The position numbers and the translations under genes are program-made. A stretch of DNA of 20,000 nt from an uncultured virus (IMG/VR IMGVR_UViG_3300008459_007659) (Duplodnaviria; Heunggongvirae; Uroviricota; Caudoviricetes), in the IMG/VR virus record IMGVR_UViG_3300008459_007659, positions 110,563-130,562 of that record. One strand, given 5' to 3'. Positions 8,563 through 17,200 of this stretch are shown in pieces (position 1 is the stretch's first letter; each line of letters opens with the position of its first letter). The notes beneath the pieces are model-generated. The model saw nothing but the letters and a program-made list of their open reading frames with translations. It ran no database searches and was not told the origin of the DNA.

Positions 8563-10014
8563 ATGGCAAATCAAAAACTTACAGACAGAGTATTGGCAAC
8601 GGGAGTCACATTAAATGATTTAATTCATATTGTAATTCCGACAGATATAACTGACGATCCTGCGGGTTCATCATATAAAGCAACCGTTAGTCAGATGATG
8701 GACACTATAAGTGGTTCCACAATTATGGTTTTGGATGCAGGAATTGGATCAACAATGAGATGTGATAATAATAATGAAGCGTCGGGAAGTTATTCAACAG
8801 TTAGTGGAGGTTATTGTAATACCTCAAGTGGAAATAAATCAACTGTAAGTGGTGGATACCTTAATACATCGAGTAGTTATTACTCAACAGTTGGTGGTGG
8901 AGCGGCTAACACATCTAGTTGTGTTTATTCGACGGTAAGTGGTGGTCGTAACAACACATCAAGCGGTATTTATTCATTTATTGGTGGAGGATCCTTCAAT
9001 AATAATAGTTCTTGTGGAAGTGTTATATCGGGTGGTGCAAATAATTTAACAGGACCAACAGGTGTTATCTCAACTCTAAGTTCATATACTCCAAGTGCTG
9101 GATTAGGTCTTGCAGATGCGACTTACGGACCTTATTCTCAAACAACAACAAGTGGTTATGGTGTTGGTGCGGATTTTACATTTGATGTTAGTGGTAATAC
9201 AATAACTGGAGTTACAATCACAAATGGAGGTTTTGGATATAGTAATGGTGACACTATTTTTATTACAGGAACAACTTTTCCTGGTGGTACATCATCAAAT
9301 GATGTTACATTAACTATTAATAATGTTTTAAGTAGTTATTATTCAACCGTAAGTGGAGGACTAAATAATACATCAAGTGGAGATTGCTCAACCATAGGTG
9401 GAGGTAGAGGTAACACATCAAGTGGTAATGGTTCATTTGTTGGTGGCGGATCATTTAACAAATCAACTAATAATTTTTCAACAGTTGTAGGAGGTGCGGG
9501 TAACACATCAAGTTCTTATTATGTGACAATTGGTGGGGGAAAATACAACACATCAAGTGCTTGTTACTCAACCGTAAGTGGTGGATATAGAAATACAACA
9601 TTAACGGGGTCAACATATTCAATAATAGGTGGTGGTCGTAGTAACACATCAAGTGCTTCGTATTCAACAATAAGTGGTGGGTATTGTAATACAATTTTAA
9701 CAGGATCAACAAGTACAACAATTGGTGGTGGTTATCAAAATACAATATTAACAGGATCTACATATTCAACAATAAGTGGTGGTATATGTAACACATCAAT
9801 TGGAATATCTTCGTCAATATTAGGTGGTTCTGGAAATACGGTTATACACGATTGTTCATTTATTGTTGGTAATGGAATAGCAACTTCTTGTCCTAATACG
9901 ACATATATGAATTGTTTATCAATTATGGATTTACCAAATGAATCGTCATTACCATTACCTTCAGGTTCTGTTTATTATTGTACGACAGGTTGTGGTATTT
10001 ACTATGTTCCATAA
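8563..10014 (+). CDS. Short fibre/adhesin-like protein paralogous to 4219..7326; 17 beta-roll-type repeats with an inserted ~94-aa domain
   Basis: 483 aa. N-terminus LTD...ATGV.L.DL.HIV.P.D....PAGSSYKA aligns with the long fibre. Same repeats and same post-repeat neck, but a different short C-terminus. Confidence 0.7.
   Translation: MANQKLTDRVLATGVTLNDLIHIVIPTDITDDPAGSSYKATVSQMMDTISGSTIMVLDAGIGSTMRCDNNNEASGSYSTVSGGYCNTSSGNKSTVSGGYLNTSSSYYSTVGGGAANTSSCVYSTVSGGRNNTSSGIYSFIGGGSFNNNSSCGSVISGGANNLTGPTGVISTLSSYTPSAGLGLADATYGPYSQTTTSGYGVGADFTFDVSGNTITGVTITNGGFGYSNGDTIFITGTTFPGGTSSNDVTLTINNVLSSYYSTVSGGLNNTSSGDCSTIGGGRGNTSSGNGSFVGGGSFNKSTNNFSTVVGGAGNTSSSYYVTIGGGKYNTSSACYSTVSGGYRNTTLTGSTYSIIGGGRSNTSSASYSTISGGYCNTILTGSTSTTIGGGYQNTILTGSTYSTISGGICNTSIGISSSILGGSGNTVIHDCSFIVGNGIATSCPNTTYMNCLSIMDLPNESSLPLPSGSVYYCTTGCGIYYVP
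8794..9855 (+). repeat. Coding repeat array (17 units) interrupted at ~9049-9330
   Basis: Same unit as 4450-6879, counted from the translation. Confidence 0.9.
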
Positions 10015-10042
10015 TTCACTTTTTACAATACTATAATATCTT

Positions 10043-10087
10043 TATTTATAATTAATTTACTAAAAAATGGTAAGTTGATTATTTATA
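10043..10087 (+). promoter_or_regulatory. Two TATTTATA motifs (10043-10050, 10080-10087), putative late promoter(s)
   Basis: Both are intergenic. The second lies 16 nt upstream of ATG 10104. Confidence 0.55.
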
Positions 10088-10103
10088 GTAAAAGAGAATA
10101 TAA

Positions 10104-11690
10104 ATGTCCAATTGTTATTGTTTAGAATTTAGTTTTGCAAAGGTTAATCAGTATGATTTAACCTATCAAGATTGTAGTGGAAACACTGTAACAGAAACAT
10201 TCCAAAGTGGTACAACATACAATATATGTAGTGAAAATTTTGATCCAATAACAAATTGTTTAGATATTGATTTTGAAGTTAAAGGACTCTGTGTTAATGG
10301 AGTTTGCCCTGGTGGATTATTTAAATATCAAAATGAATGCGATGTAATAACAATATTCCCATTGGGAGTACAATGTTTAACTGAAAATCCAACAACAAGT
10401 AATAGTTTTGACGGTGTGGCATCTTTGTATATTACAGGAGGTACACCACCATATTTTATATCATGGGAAAATGGTAATTATTCTCAAACATTAACAAATT
10501 TGGGTTCAGGAGAATATGATGCGGTTGTTACCGATTTTTATGGTGACTTTACCGCAAGAACAACTTGTTATTTAACCGCACCAAGTCCGACACCAACACC
10601 AACTCCTACACCAACTCCTACACCGATACCGGCATTTAGTGGTTTATGTTTAATTGTTGAAGGTAGAATAGGTAAAGATCCTTATCTTGAATTAATTGAT
10701 TTTGGTTATAATGGGTATTATAATGGAAAACCAACTTGGACATCAACACCTTCAGGTTATGATGTGGTATGGATGAGTGGTACAAGTCAGTGGGAAGTGT
10801 CAGGATGGACATACGGTAGTTTAGTTAATTTAAATCCAGCTACACCACCTATTGCTGGATGGCAATCTATTGGTTCAGTACCACCAAATCCGTCAATATT
10901 ATCGGTACAAATGAGTGAAGGAACTTGTGCAAGTCAAGACATATTGAGATATGAATTAACAGTTAACCAACCTACTTGTGTTCGTAAAGATGGTTTAGGT
11001 GGATGTATTAGTGACGGAAGTATAATATTTAATATTATTGATGGAGTTCCACCATATGAGTATAGTATAGATGGATTCAACTTCTTCCCTAACCAACCTA
11101 TCTTCCAAAGTCTATGTCCTGGGTTATACACAACAATTGTTACAGACTCTTCAGGACAAACATTTAGTCAAATTGTGAATTTAATACAACCGGCAGCACC
11201 TCAAATATATGCACTAACATTATCACTAAACGCCACGTCAACCGCATTTAATGTTACGGTTTCACCACAATTACCTGTAGGTACTACTCTTTCATTTGAT
11301 TTAGTACATGAGAAATATTTTACAGAACAACCTCAATTTAATGCGTACACTTGGAATAATGTGGTTACAGTAAATAAAAATATGATTCCTGTTCCATATA
11401 GTACAACCACTAATAGTGGGTCATCAAATGCTTTACCTGATAAAGTGTGTATTGGAGGTGTTGTTGTTGAGTCACTTACAACATTTACTTGGGATAATAT
11501 AACTATGGTACAGGGAGACACTGTTAGTGGTACAATTAGTAATCCAACACCAATATTGAATCTACCTTTAGAAACTCACTGTTTATCTGAAAAACATTCA
11601 TATAATTTATATTTAAATGATGTAAAGTTAACTAACTGTCCTTGTTGTTCGGTAACCGTAATAAATAAACCGATAGGAAAAGTAGGGTAA
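10104..11690 (+). CDS. Cys-rich multidomain virion-associated protein with SprB-like repeats and a Pro-Thr linker
   Basis: 528 aa. DGVASLYITGGTPPYFISW...LGSGEY...VTD and DGSIIFNIIDGVPPYEYSIDG...LCPGLY...VTDSSG are SprB-like. (PT)n linker at ~10581-10631. Confidence 0.65.
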   Translation: MSNCYCLEFSFAKVNQYDLTYQDCSGNTVTETFQSGTTYNICSENFDPITNCLDIDFEVKGLCVNGVCPGGLFKYQNECDVITIFPLGVQCLTENPTTSNSFDGVASLYITGGTPPYFISWENGNYSQTLTNLGSGEYDAVVTDFYGDFTARTTCYLTAPSPTPTPTPTPTPTPIPAFSGLCLIVEGRIGKDPYLELIDFGYNGYYNGKPTWTSTPSGYDVVWMSGTSQWEVSGWTYGSLVNLNPATPPIAGWQSIGSVPPNPSILSVQMSEGTCASQDILRYELTVNQPTCVRKDGLGGCISDGSIIFNIIDGVPPYEYSIDGFNFFPNQPIFQSLCPGLYTTIVTDSSGQTFSQIVNLIQPAAPQIYALTLSLNATSTAFNVTVSPQLPVGTTLSFDLVHEKYFTEQPQFNAYTWNNVVTVNKNMIPVPYSTTTNSGSSNALPDKVCIGGVVVESLTTFTWDNITMVQGDTVSGTISNPTPILNLPLETHCLSEKHSYNLYLNDVKLTNCPCCSVTVINKPIGKVG

Positions 11691-11709
11691 AATAAAATAT
11701 CAAACATAG

Positions 11710-11717
11710 TATTTATA
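11710..11717 (+). promoter_or_regulatory. TATTTATA motif, putative late promoter
   Basis: Intergenic, 6 nt upstream of ATG 11724. Confidence 0.55.
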
Positions 11718-11723
11718 TAACAA

Positions 11724-14162
11724 ATGGCATATATACTCAAAAATACATCTGGTTTAATCAATACAAGAGTTACTGATACAGGTAGACAAAAATTATCTGA
11801 AGGTAACTTTAACATTGCGTATTTCCAAGTTGGGGATAGTGAAGTATCGTACAATGCATTATCGTCAACATATAATCAACCATATAGTATGGTATTGGAA
11901 CCACCATTTAATAGTCAAAATAGTGCTGGTTCACCACAATCAAATAGACAAAATGTTAAATACCCTTATTATGTAGATGGTTCTGCCGGTAATACATATG
12001 GAATTCCTTATATGGATTCGGTTATTGAACCTGTATTTAATAGAGCTCCTTTAAGAGGATTTTTTTCAGGAAATACTAGTGCAACCACAATTAGTTGGAG
12101 TGCTTTAACTAACAATAATTATGTAGTTAGCTCAAACTATGTTGTAAATATGTGTTCTTTAAGTGGAACAAACCAAGTTGAATTAATATATTCTGGTTCT
12201 AATTTAATTAATGAGGGAATACCTTCAGTTGGTGATTTTATTACAATATATTATGACGGTAAATGGGATATAAATAACACTTGTTATAATTTACCAACCC
12301 CAACACCATCAGCGTCCGTCGCATCAACACCGACACCAACCCCAACACCAAGTTCAACGTATACATTTGTGTGTTCGGCAACACCAACGCCAACACCAAC
12401 TAAGACACCTTGTTTAACACCATCAAACACACCTGCGTGTCCTCCACCACCTATGGCGGATTGTTATATGTCAATTAATAGTTGTTATCCAATGATGACA
12501 TATAGAATTATTGCGTACTGTAACAATGTTATTACTGTTGATAGGAATTTACCTGACTTTTCATCATTTTCTGGGTCATGTTATTCAAGAACATTAATCT
12601 ATCCACCAAATATGACAACACTTTATGATAGTATAACACCGGCACCTCATTGGAGTAGTGATGTTATTAATTTTGAAACTGTTTGTGATATTGATGAGTT
12701 TGATGTTAAAATATGGAACATGAATATTCCTTGGAGTGAAAATCCTGCAGGTTTATATCCTGCAACATATGAGGGATATGAATATTTTGGATCAATAGAT
12801 TATCTTGGGACAAAAGAATATTTTGGATACGCATCAAGTTTGGGACAAAAAGACACTAGTTCGGTATATTACTACAATTCATTTGATGAAAAGATTACGG
12901 TACAACCTGAAGAACAAAAAGCAATTGCAATAATACATTATACAAATCAAACCATTGACTTCTTCTATGGAGAGAAATTTGCGCTAGAACCATATGATTC
13001 CGCAAATCCTGATGATACAACAGGACAAGCAAGAAACTTTAAATTACATCTACCTTGGTTGATGTGGCATAAAAATCCTGCGTGTTGTTCGGGAGAAACA
13101 TTTTGGGTTGATCCTGCGGGGTTTGAAGATAAAAATCTATTTGATGTCCAATACATACAATCAAATAAAAATTCAGGGATGAATCAACCTGGTATTAGAT
13201 ATTATCATCTTTGGGATACTCACGCAAATGCTGATGGATACCCAAGTAGAATTGGTAAAGTATTCCCTGATAGTAAGATAGTTATTATTGATGATGAGGA
13301 AATAATTGCGGCGATGTCATATAAGTCAAATAGAAACTGGACTTTACCAGCACCTCAAGTTTCCTTAGTAACCCCAAATACTTGTGGAACACCAACAACA
13401 ACGGTAGATGGTATCTTAACAGGAAATAACGAAACTATGTATGTGACTTATAGATTCACAAATCAAACTGGTTTTACAGATTCACTACATTGTAATTATT
13501 ACTCAAAAGTAATCGGTAATAATAATGATTGTAATCCTGACACATCTAAAAATGTTGCATTAAGATTTGGTGCGGAATTCGGATGTATGGTACAACCTTC
13601 ATACAGTGCTGGAACACCTTGTATTACTTCTTGTAACTACTTACCTCAAGGATATTTTGGTACTAATTTTGAAATTCTGTGTCAAAAAGTTATAACAGGA
13701 AATAGACCTGACTCAACTCAATGGAGAATAATTGATTATACCGATGTTATTAGTGCGTCAACAATTAATGGATATTTAACTCAAGATGGTATTACAGGCA
13801 CGACATTCGTAATTACACCTGAATTATACAACGCAGCACCATATTATAATTTAAATAATTACATATCCTTAACTACATTAGGATCCACAGGTGAAACATT
13901 AAATTTTGGTGATGAATTTTATTTTTATGGTGGTTTGGAAACAGATATCCAAGCAACAATATATGAAATGAAATATAAGATTAATTTGAGTAATGCTGAA
14001 TTCTTAAACACATCAAATCCTACTTGGACTCAAGGAACTAAATCATATATTACTGAGATTGCATTATTGGATAGAAATAAAGATATATTAGTAATGTCCA
14101 AACTACAATCACCAGTTCTAAGACAAGGTATCCAACAGTTCGTAGTTAAGTTAGATTTCTAA
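11724..14162 (+). CDS. Putative baseplate/tail-collar-fibre-like structural protein with a large insertion and Pro-Thr linkers
   Basis: 812 aa. N-terminal 'VTDTGRQKLSEGNFNIAYFQVGDSE' and C-terminal 'YITEIALLD.NKDILVMSKLQSPV....F.VKLDF' resemble the two halves of tail-collar fibre/baseplate-anchoring (DUF3751-like) domains. PT-rich segment at ~12294-12452. Confidence 0.55.
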   Translation: MAYILKNTSGLINTRVTDTGRQKLSEGNFNIAYFQVGDSEVSYNALSSTYNQPYSMVLEPPFNSQNSAGSPQSNRQNVKYPYYVDGSAGNTYGIPYMDSVIEPVFNRAPLRGFFSGNTSATTISWSALTNNNYVVSSNYVVNMCSLSGTNQVELIYSGSNLINEGIPSVGDFITIYYDGKWDINNTCYNLPTPTPSASVASTPTPTPTPSSTYTFVCSATPTPTPTKTPCLTPSNTPACPPPPMADCYMSINSCYPMMTYRIIAYCNNVITVDRNLPDFSSFSGSCYSRTLIYPPNMTTLYDSITPAPHWSSDVINFETVCDIDEFDVKIWNMNIPWSENPAGLYPATYEGYEYFGSIDYLGTKEYFGYASSLGQKDTSSVYYYNSFDEKITVQPEEQKAIAIIHYTNQTIDFFYGEKFALEPYDSANPDDTTGQARNFKLHLPWLMWHKNPACCSGETFWVDPAGFEDKNLFDVQYIQSNKNSGMNQPGIRYYHLWDTHANADGYPSRIGKVFPDSKIVIIDDEEIIAAMSYKSNRNWTLPAPQVSLVTPNTCGTPTTTVDGILTGNNETMYVTYRFTNQTGFTDSLHCNYYSKVIGNNNDCNPDTSKNVALRFGAEFGCMVQPSYSAGTPCITSCNYLPQGYFGTNFEILCQKVITGNRPDSTQWRIIDYTDVISASTINGYLTQDGITGTTFVITPELYNAAPYYNLNNYISLTTLGSTGETLNFGDEFYFYGGLETDIQATIYEMKYKINLSNAEFLNTSNPTWTQGTKSYITEIALLDRNKDILVMSKLQSPVLRQGIQQFVVKLDF

Positions 14163-14185
14163 AAACTTTAATTTTAATTAATAGT

Positions 14186-14194
14186 TGTTATATT
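14186..14194 (+). promoter_or_regulatory. Extended -10-like element TGTTATATT upstream of the resolvase
   Basis: TG-n-TATATT in an intergenic region, 18 nt before ATG 14213. The -35 is weak. Confidence 0.35.
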
Positions 14195-14212
14195 ATTAAT
14201 AAATCATTTTTT

Positions 14213-14821
14213 ATGACTAAAACTATTAAAAATTCACCAAAAGTCCTTGGACTAGATGTCTCAACAAGAACCATTGGGTGGGCATTATTTGATATTAAAG
14301 AACAAGAATTATTAGAATTAACTCACATCTCACCAAGACCAAAAGCAAAAGACTTTGGAGATAATAAAATGATGGAGTTGTTACTTAAATCTGAAATATT
14401 CAGAACAAAATTATCCGAATATAAAAATTTAGGGATTGTTAATGTAGTTATTGAGGAACCGTTGTTGAACTCAAATAATGTCTATACAATTCAAACTCTT
14501 TTAAGATTTAACACATTAATATGTAAAGAAATTTATGATGCGTTAGGTATAGTTCCCGAATTTATATCAACATATAACTCAAGAAAATTTGCATTCCCTG
14601 AATTAGTACAACCTAATGATAAAGGTAAGCATGTTTTATTTGGGGGACTTCCAAAAGACATAGATAAGAAACAAATTATTTGGGATTTAGTGGCAAAAAA
14701 AGAACCTCAAATCCAATGGTTGTACACTAAAAATAACACCTTAAAGAAAGAAAATTTTGATCAAACCGATGCTTATACCTGTGTATTAGGATATATGAAC
14801 TCAAAAGAAATTTGGAAATAA
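14213..14821 (+). CDS. ruvC: RuvC-like Holliday junction resolvase (RNase H fold)
   Basis: 202 aa. VLGLDVSTRTIGWA (catalytic D), VVIEEP (E) and FDQTDA (D..D) motifs occur in the expected order. Confidence 0.8.
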   Translation: MTKTIKNSPKVLGLDVSTRTIGWALFDIKEQELLELTHISPRPKAKDFGDNKMMELLLKSEIFRTKLSEYKNLGIVNVVIEEPLLNSNNVYTIQTLLRFNTLICKEIYDALGIVPEFISTYNSRKFAFPELVQPNDKGKHVLFGGLPKDIDKKQIIWDLVAKKEPQIQWLYTKNNTLKKENFDQTDAYTCVLGYMNSKEIWK

Positions 14822-14846
14822 TATCGGTTAGATAAAGGATAATTTG

Positions 14847-14878
14847 AAATATCGTCTTTTTAGACGATATTTTTTTTT
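14847..14878 (+). terminator. Rho-independent terminator between convergent genes
   Basis: Perfect 11-bp stem AAATATCGTCT / AGACGATATTT with a TTTT loop, followed by a T run on +. It may also act more weakly on the minus strand. Confidence 0.8.
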
Positions 14879-15989
14879 ATGGTGAACTCGGAGTTGGTGT
14901 TGGTGTTTGAGTCAATGTCGGAGTTGGTGTCGGAGTTAATGTAACACAAGGACAATCAATAAAAACTATATTAATGTTATTACCTACAGGTATCTTATAT
15001 GATTTTACAGTAATTGTTGAACCACCATTTATGTTTATTACTTGAGTCTCGTTATTACTACAGTTTTTAATATTAAAAGTATTTGCAGTATATAGTAAAT
15101 TAGTTACTTTATACTCACAACAAACATCAGGAGTTTGAGTTGGTGTTAATGTAGGTGTAGGTGTTGGTGTAGGTGTTGGAGTTGAACTAACAGGTGGAAT
15201 ACAAACAAGACATCCTCCTTCAGAAACTAAACCATTCTCAGTGTTCAAGACTATAATATCAACACCACTAATATTATCCGCAGTACCAATGTACTCAATA
15301 CAAACATCTATCTCATTCACTTCCGCCTCATATACCATACCAATTACTGGAGTACCACCTGTCGGGTTTAATATAACATCAGTGGTTGAATAAATAAATC
15401 CATTTAAACAATCTTTGAATTGTTTGCTATTTGGACATTTAATATAATCATCAAGAGTGTTAAATGTTACTAAACCTGTATAATTACATGGTCTGGTAAT
15501 TTCAGGTGAAGGTGTTGGAGTTAATGTTGGAGTTGGTGTTGGAGTTGGTGTATATGTAATACCCGAAACATTAATACCGATCCCACCACAAGGGTTTGTT
15601 GAGGTTGGTGTCATTGTTGGGGTTAATGTCGGAGTTGGTGTCGGAGTTGGAGTTTGTGTTGTGGGTACATCACAATCAAAAATCGCATCAAAATCTATTG
15701 AACAAGCAGCACTTGGTGATGGAGTTGGTGTAGGGCAAATACCCGAACTAAAAAGTTCATCACATAAATCAGGACAAGAACTTACACAAGGTGATTTACC
15801 AAATAATAAACAATTTGGATCCCCTAAAGTTAATGCTAAACACCATTGAGTTTGTCCTGTTGAATAATAAATAGTATATGTATCTCCTGTGAAATAATCA
15901 TAACCCGCATCGTAAGTACCTGCGGAAAAATATGTACCATCAAAAGATGATGAAGTACCACTTACACAATATTGACCAAAACAAGACAT
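14877..15989 (-). CDS. Cys-rich, Pro-Thr-linker multidomain protein, probably virion-associated
   Basis: 370 aa with 22 Cys (hand count) and five (PT)n tracts. Module types resemble those of the 10104..11690 protein. Confidence 0.7.
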   Translation of the reverse strand: MSCFGQYCVSGTSSSFDGTYFSAGTYDAGYDYFTGDTYTIYYSTGQTQWCLALTLGDPNCLLFGKSPCVSSCPDLCDELFSSGICPTPTPSPSAACSIDFDAIFDCDVPTTQTPTPTPTPTLTPTMTPTSTNPCGGIGINVSGITYTPTPTPTPTLTPTPSPEITRPCNYTGLVTFNTLDDYIKCPNSKQFKDCLNGFIYSTTDVILNPTGGTPVIGMVYEAEVNEIDVCIEYIGTADNISGVDIIVLNTENGLVSEGGCLVCIPPVSSTPTPTPTPTPTLTPTQTPDVCCEYKVTNLLYTANTFNIKNCSNNETQVININGGSTITVKSYKIPVGNNINIVFIDCPCVTLTPTPTPTLTQTPTPTPSSP

Positions 15990-15991
15990 AC

Positions 15992-16213
15992 TTAAACGGT
16001 TACGGTGTCAGTTACAACACAATTATTATCATCCACAATTTTAACTATAAAATCAGTTAAAGATGAGTACACTGGTGGAATCTCAAAGGTATATGGTAAG
16101 TCACCACTTACGATTGTTGATACATAAATACAACTTGTGTATCCTGTATCACATACATAAACATCAAATGGTGTTGAACCTGAAATATTATTTATTGTTA
16201 TATCTGTTGGCAT
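15992..16213 (-). CDS. Small Ig-like protein, paralog of 3882..4184 lacking the FQD tag
   Basis: 73 aa. ITINNISGSTPFDVYVCDTGYTSCIYVSTI aligns with LVISNVTGLTIPYQIYVCDVYGNNCTIVATV. There is a 2-nt gap to the next minus-strand gene. Confidence 0.75.
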   Translation of the reverse strand: MPTDITINNISGSTPFDVYVCDTGYTSCIYVSTIVSGDLPYTFEIPPVYSSLTDFIVKIVDDNNCVVTDTVTV

Positions 16214-16230
16214 TTACTATTGTTATCTTA

Positions 16231-16238
16231 GATAAATA
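16231..16238 (-). promoter_or_regulatory. TATTTATC motif on the minus strand, putative late promoter for the inverted cassette
   Basis: The + strand reads gataaata at 16231-16238, 17 nt upstream of the minus-strand ATG at 16213. Confidence 0.5.
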
Positions 16239-16264
16239 TAAAGGAATGTAAAAACTTGTGAAGT

Positions 16265-16293
16265 TTGATTATTCCATAATTTATGTTTATATT
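16265..16293 (+). promoter_or_regulatory. Sigma70-like promoter TTGATT-N17-TATATT
   Basis: -35 at 16265-16270 and -10 at 16288-16293. The primase ATG follows 7 nt later. Confidence 0.6.
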
Positions 16294-16300
16294 ATAATTT

Positions 16301-17200
16301 ATGGATGAAAATGAATCTTTGGTTGAATTATTGGAGGATGTTTTGGGGGATCACGGATTACACTACCCAAATAGAGGACAAATATCCTTCAATTGCCCCG
16401 TATGTGACGACGATAGAAACAAATCCAACCTTGAGGTAAATTATTTTACAAATGTTTATAAATGTTGGTCTTGTTCTGAAAGTGAGGGTACGCACGGATC
16501 TTTGGGTAAACTTTTTGATAAATACGGGAATAAAAAACATAAAAAATTATATAACATCCTTAAACCTGAAACTGTTCAGGTGAAAGAAAAGAAAAAACCT
16601 AAAGTCCAACTACCAAAAGAGTATAAGTTATTTAAGGATGTTAATCCAAGATATCCAATTAGACAACAAGCAATAAATTACCTATATAATCGGGGAATTT
16701 CCGATTATATGATTGAAAAATACCAAATTGGGTTCTGTGATAATGGTAGTCATTCTGGTAGGATAATTATTCCATCTTATAGTGCAAAAGGAGAACTTAA
16801 CTATTACATAGGTAGAAGTTGGGATCCGTATACTAAAGCTAAATACCGAAATCCCGAAGCCGAGAAAGAAAAAATTATTTTTTGGGAAAATTTAATTGAT
16901 TGGAACAAAGATATATACCTTGTTGAAGGTGCTTTTGACGGGATTTTCTTAGAAAACTCAATACCAATGCTCGGAAAACATATGTCAGAATTATTGTTTG
17001 AATCAATATATAATAAAGCTAAAGGTGATATTATTATTTGTTTGGATGCTGATGCGTGGGTTAACGCAGTTAAACTTTATCACGAATTAAATGGTGGAGT
17101 TCTATGGGGTAGAATAAAAATTATCAAATTACCTGATGATAAGGATGTTTGTGATTTGAAGGGAGAAATAAATGATTATTATATTGAAATACGAGATTAA
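16301..17200 (+). CDS. dnaG: DnaG-type DNA primase (Zn finger + TOPRIM)
   Basis: 299 aa. CPVC...CWSC zinc-binding domain, YL..RGI, GRIIIP, YIGR, KYRNP, TOPRIM LVEGAFD and CLDADA, KDVCD. Confidence 0.88.
   Translation: MDENESLVELLEDVLGDHGLHYPNRGQISFNCPVCDDDRNKSNLEVNYFTNVYKCWSCSESEGTHGSLGKLFDKYGNKKHKKLYNILKPETVQVKEKKKPKVQLPKEYKLFKDVNPRYPIRQQAINYLYNRGISDYMIEKYQIGFCDNGSHSGRIIIPSYSAKGELNYYIGRSWDPYTKAKYRNPEAEKEKIIFWENLIDWNKDIYLVEGAFDGIFLENSIPMLGKHMSELLFESIYNKAKGDIIICLDADAWVNAVKLYHELNGGVLWGRIKIIKLPDDKDVCDLKGEINDYYIEIRD

Noticed and set aside
6196..9425. Diversity-generating retroelement template/variable repeat pair (both mismatches are A in the 9379 copy)
   Set aside because: Only 47 bp and 2 mismatches, both copies lie mid-gene in coding repeats, and no reverse transcriptase is present in the window.
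4379..9745. His/Leu/Tyr-rich or Pro-rich short ORFs on the minus strand and alternative frames (4379, 4536, 4817, 4832, 5159, 5930, 9467)
   Set aside because: These are shadow translations of the Gly/Ser/Thr repeat codons of the fibre genes.
4450..9855. CRISPR-like array (periodic conserved segments with variable spacers), with a Cas4-like nuclease in the window
   Set aside because: The units are degenerate, in-frame and inside long ORFs, with codon-position variation. There are no identical palindromic repeats, leader or cas1/cas2. The nuclease fits a standalone phage PD-(D/E)XK exonuclease.
1..14162. Bacterial adhesin/autotransporter locus or eukaryotic giant-virus origin
   Set aside because: No signal peptides, YadA membrane anchor or T9SS C-terminal domain are apparent. 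Overlapping operon-style genes, a DnaG-type primase and the RuvC/SbcD-like neighbours fit a bacteriophage better.
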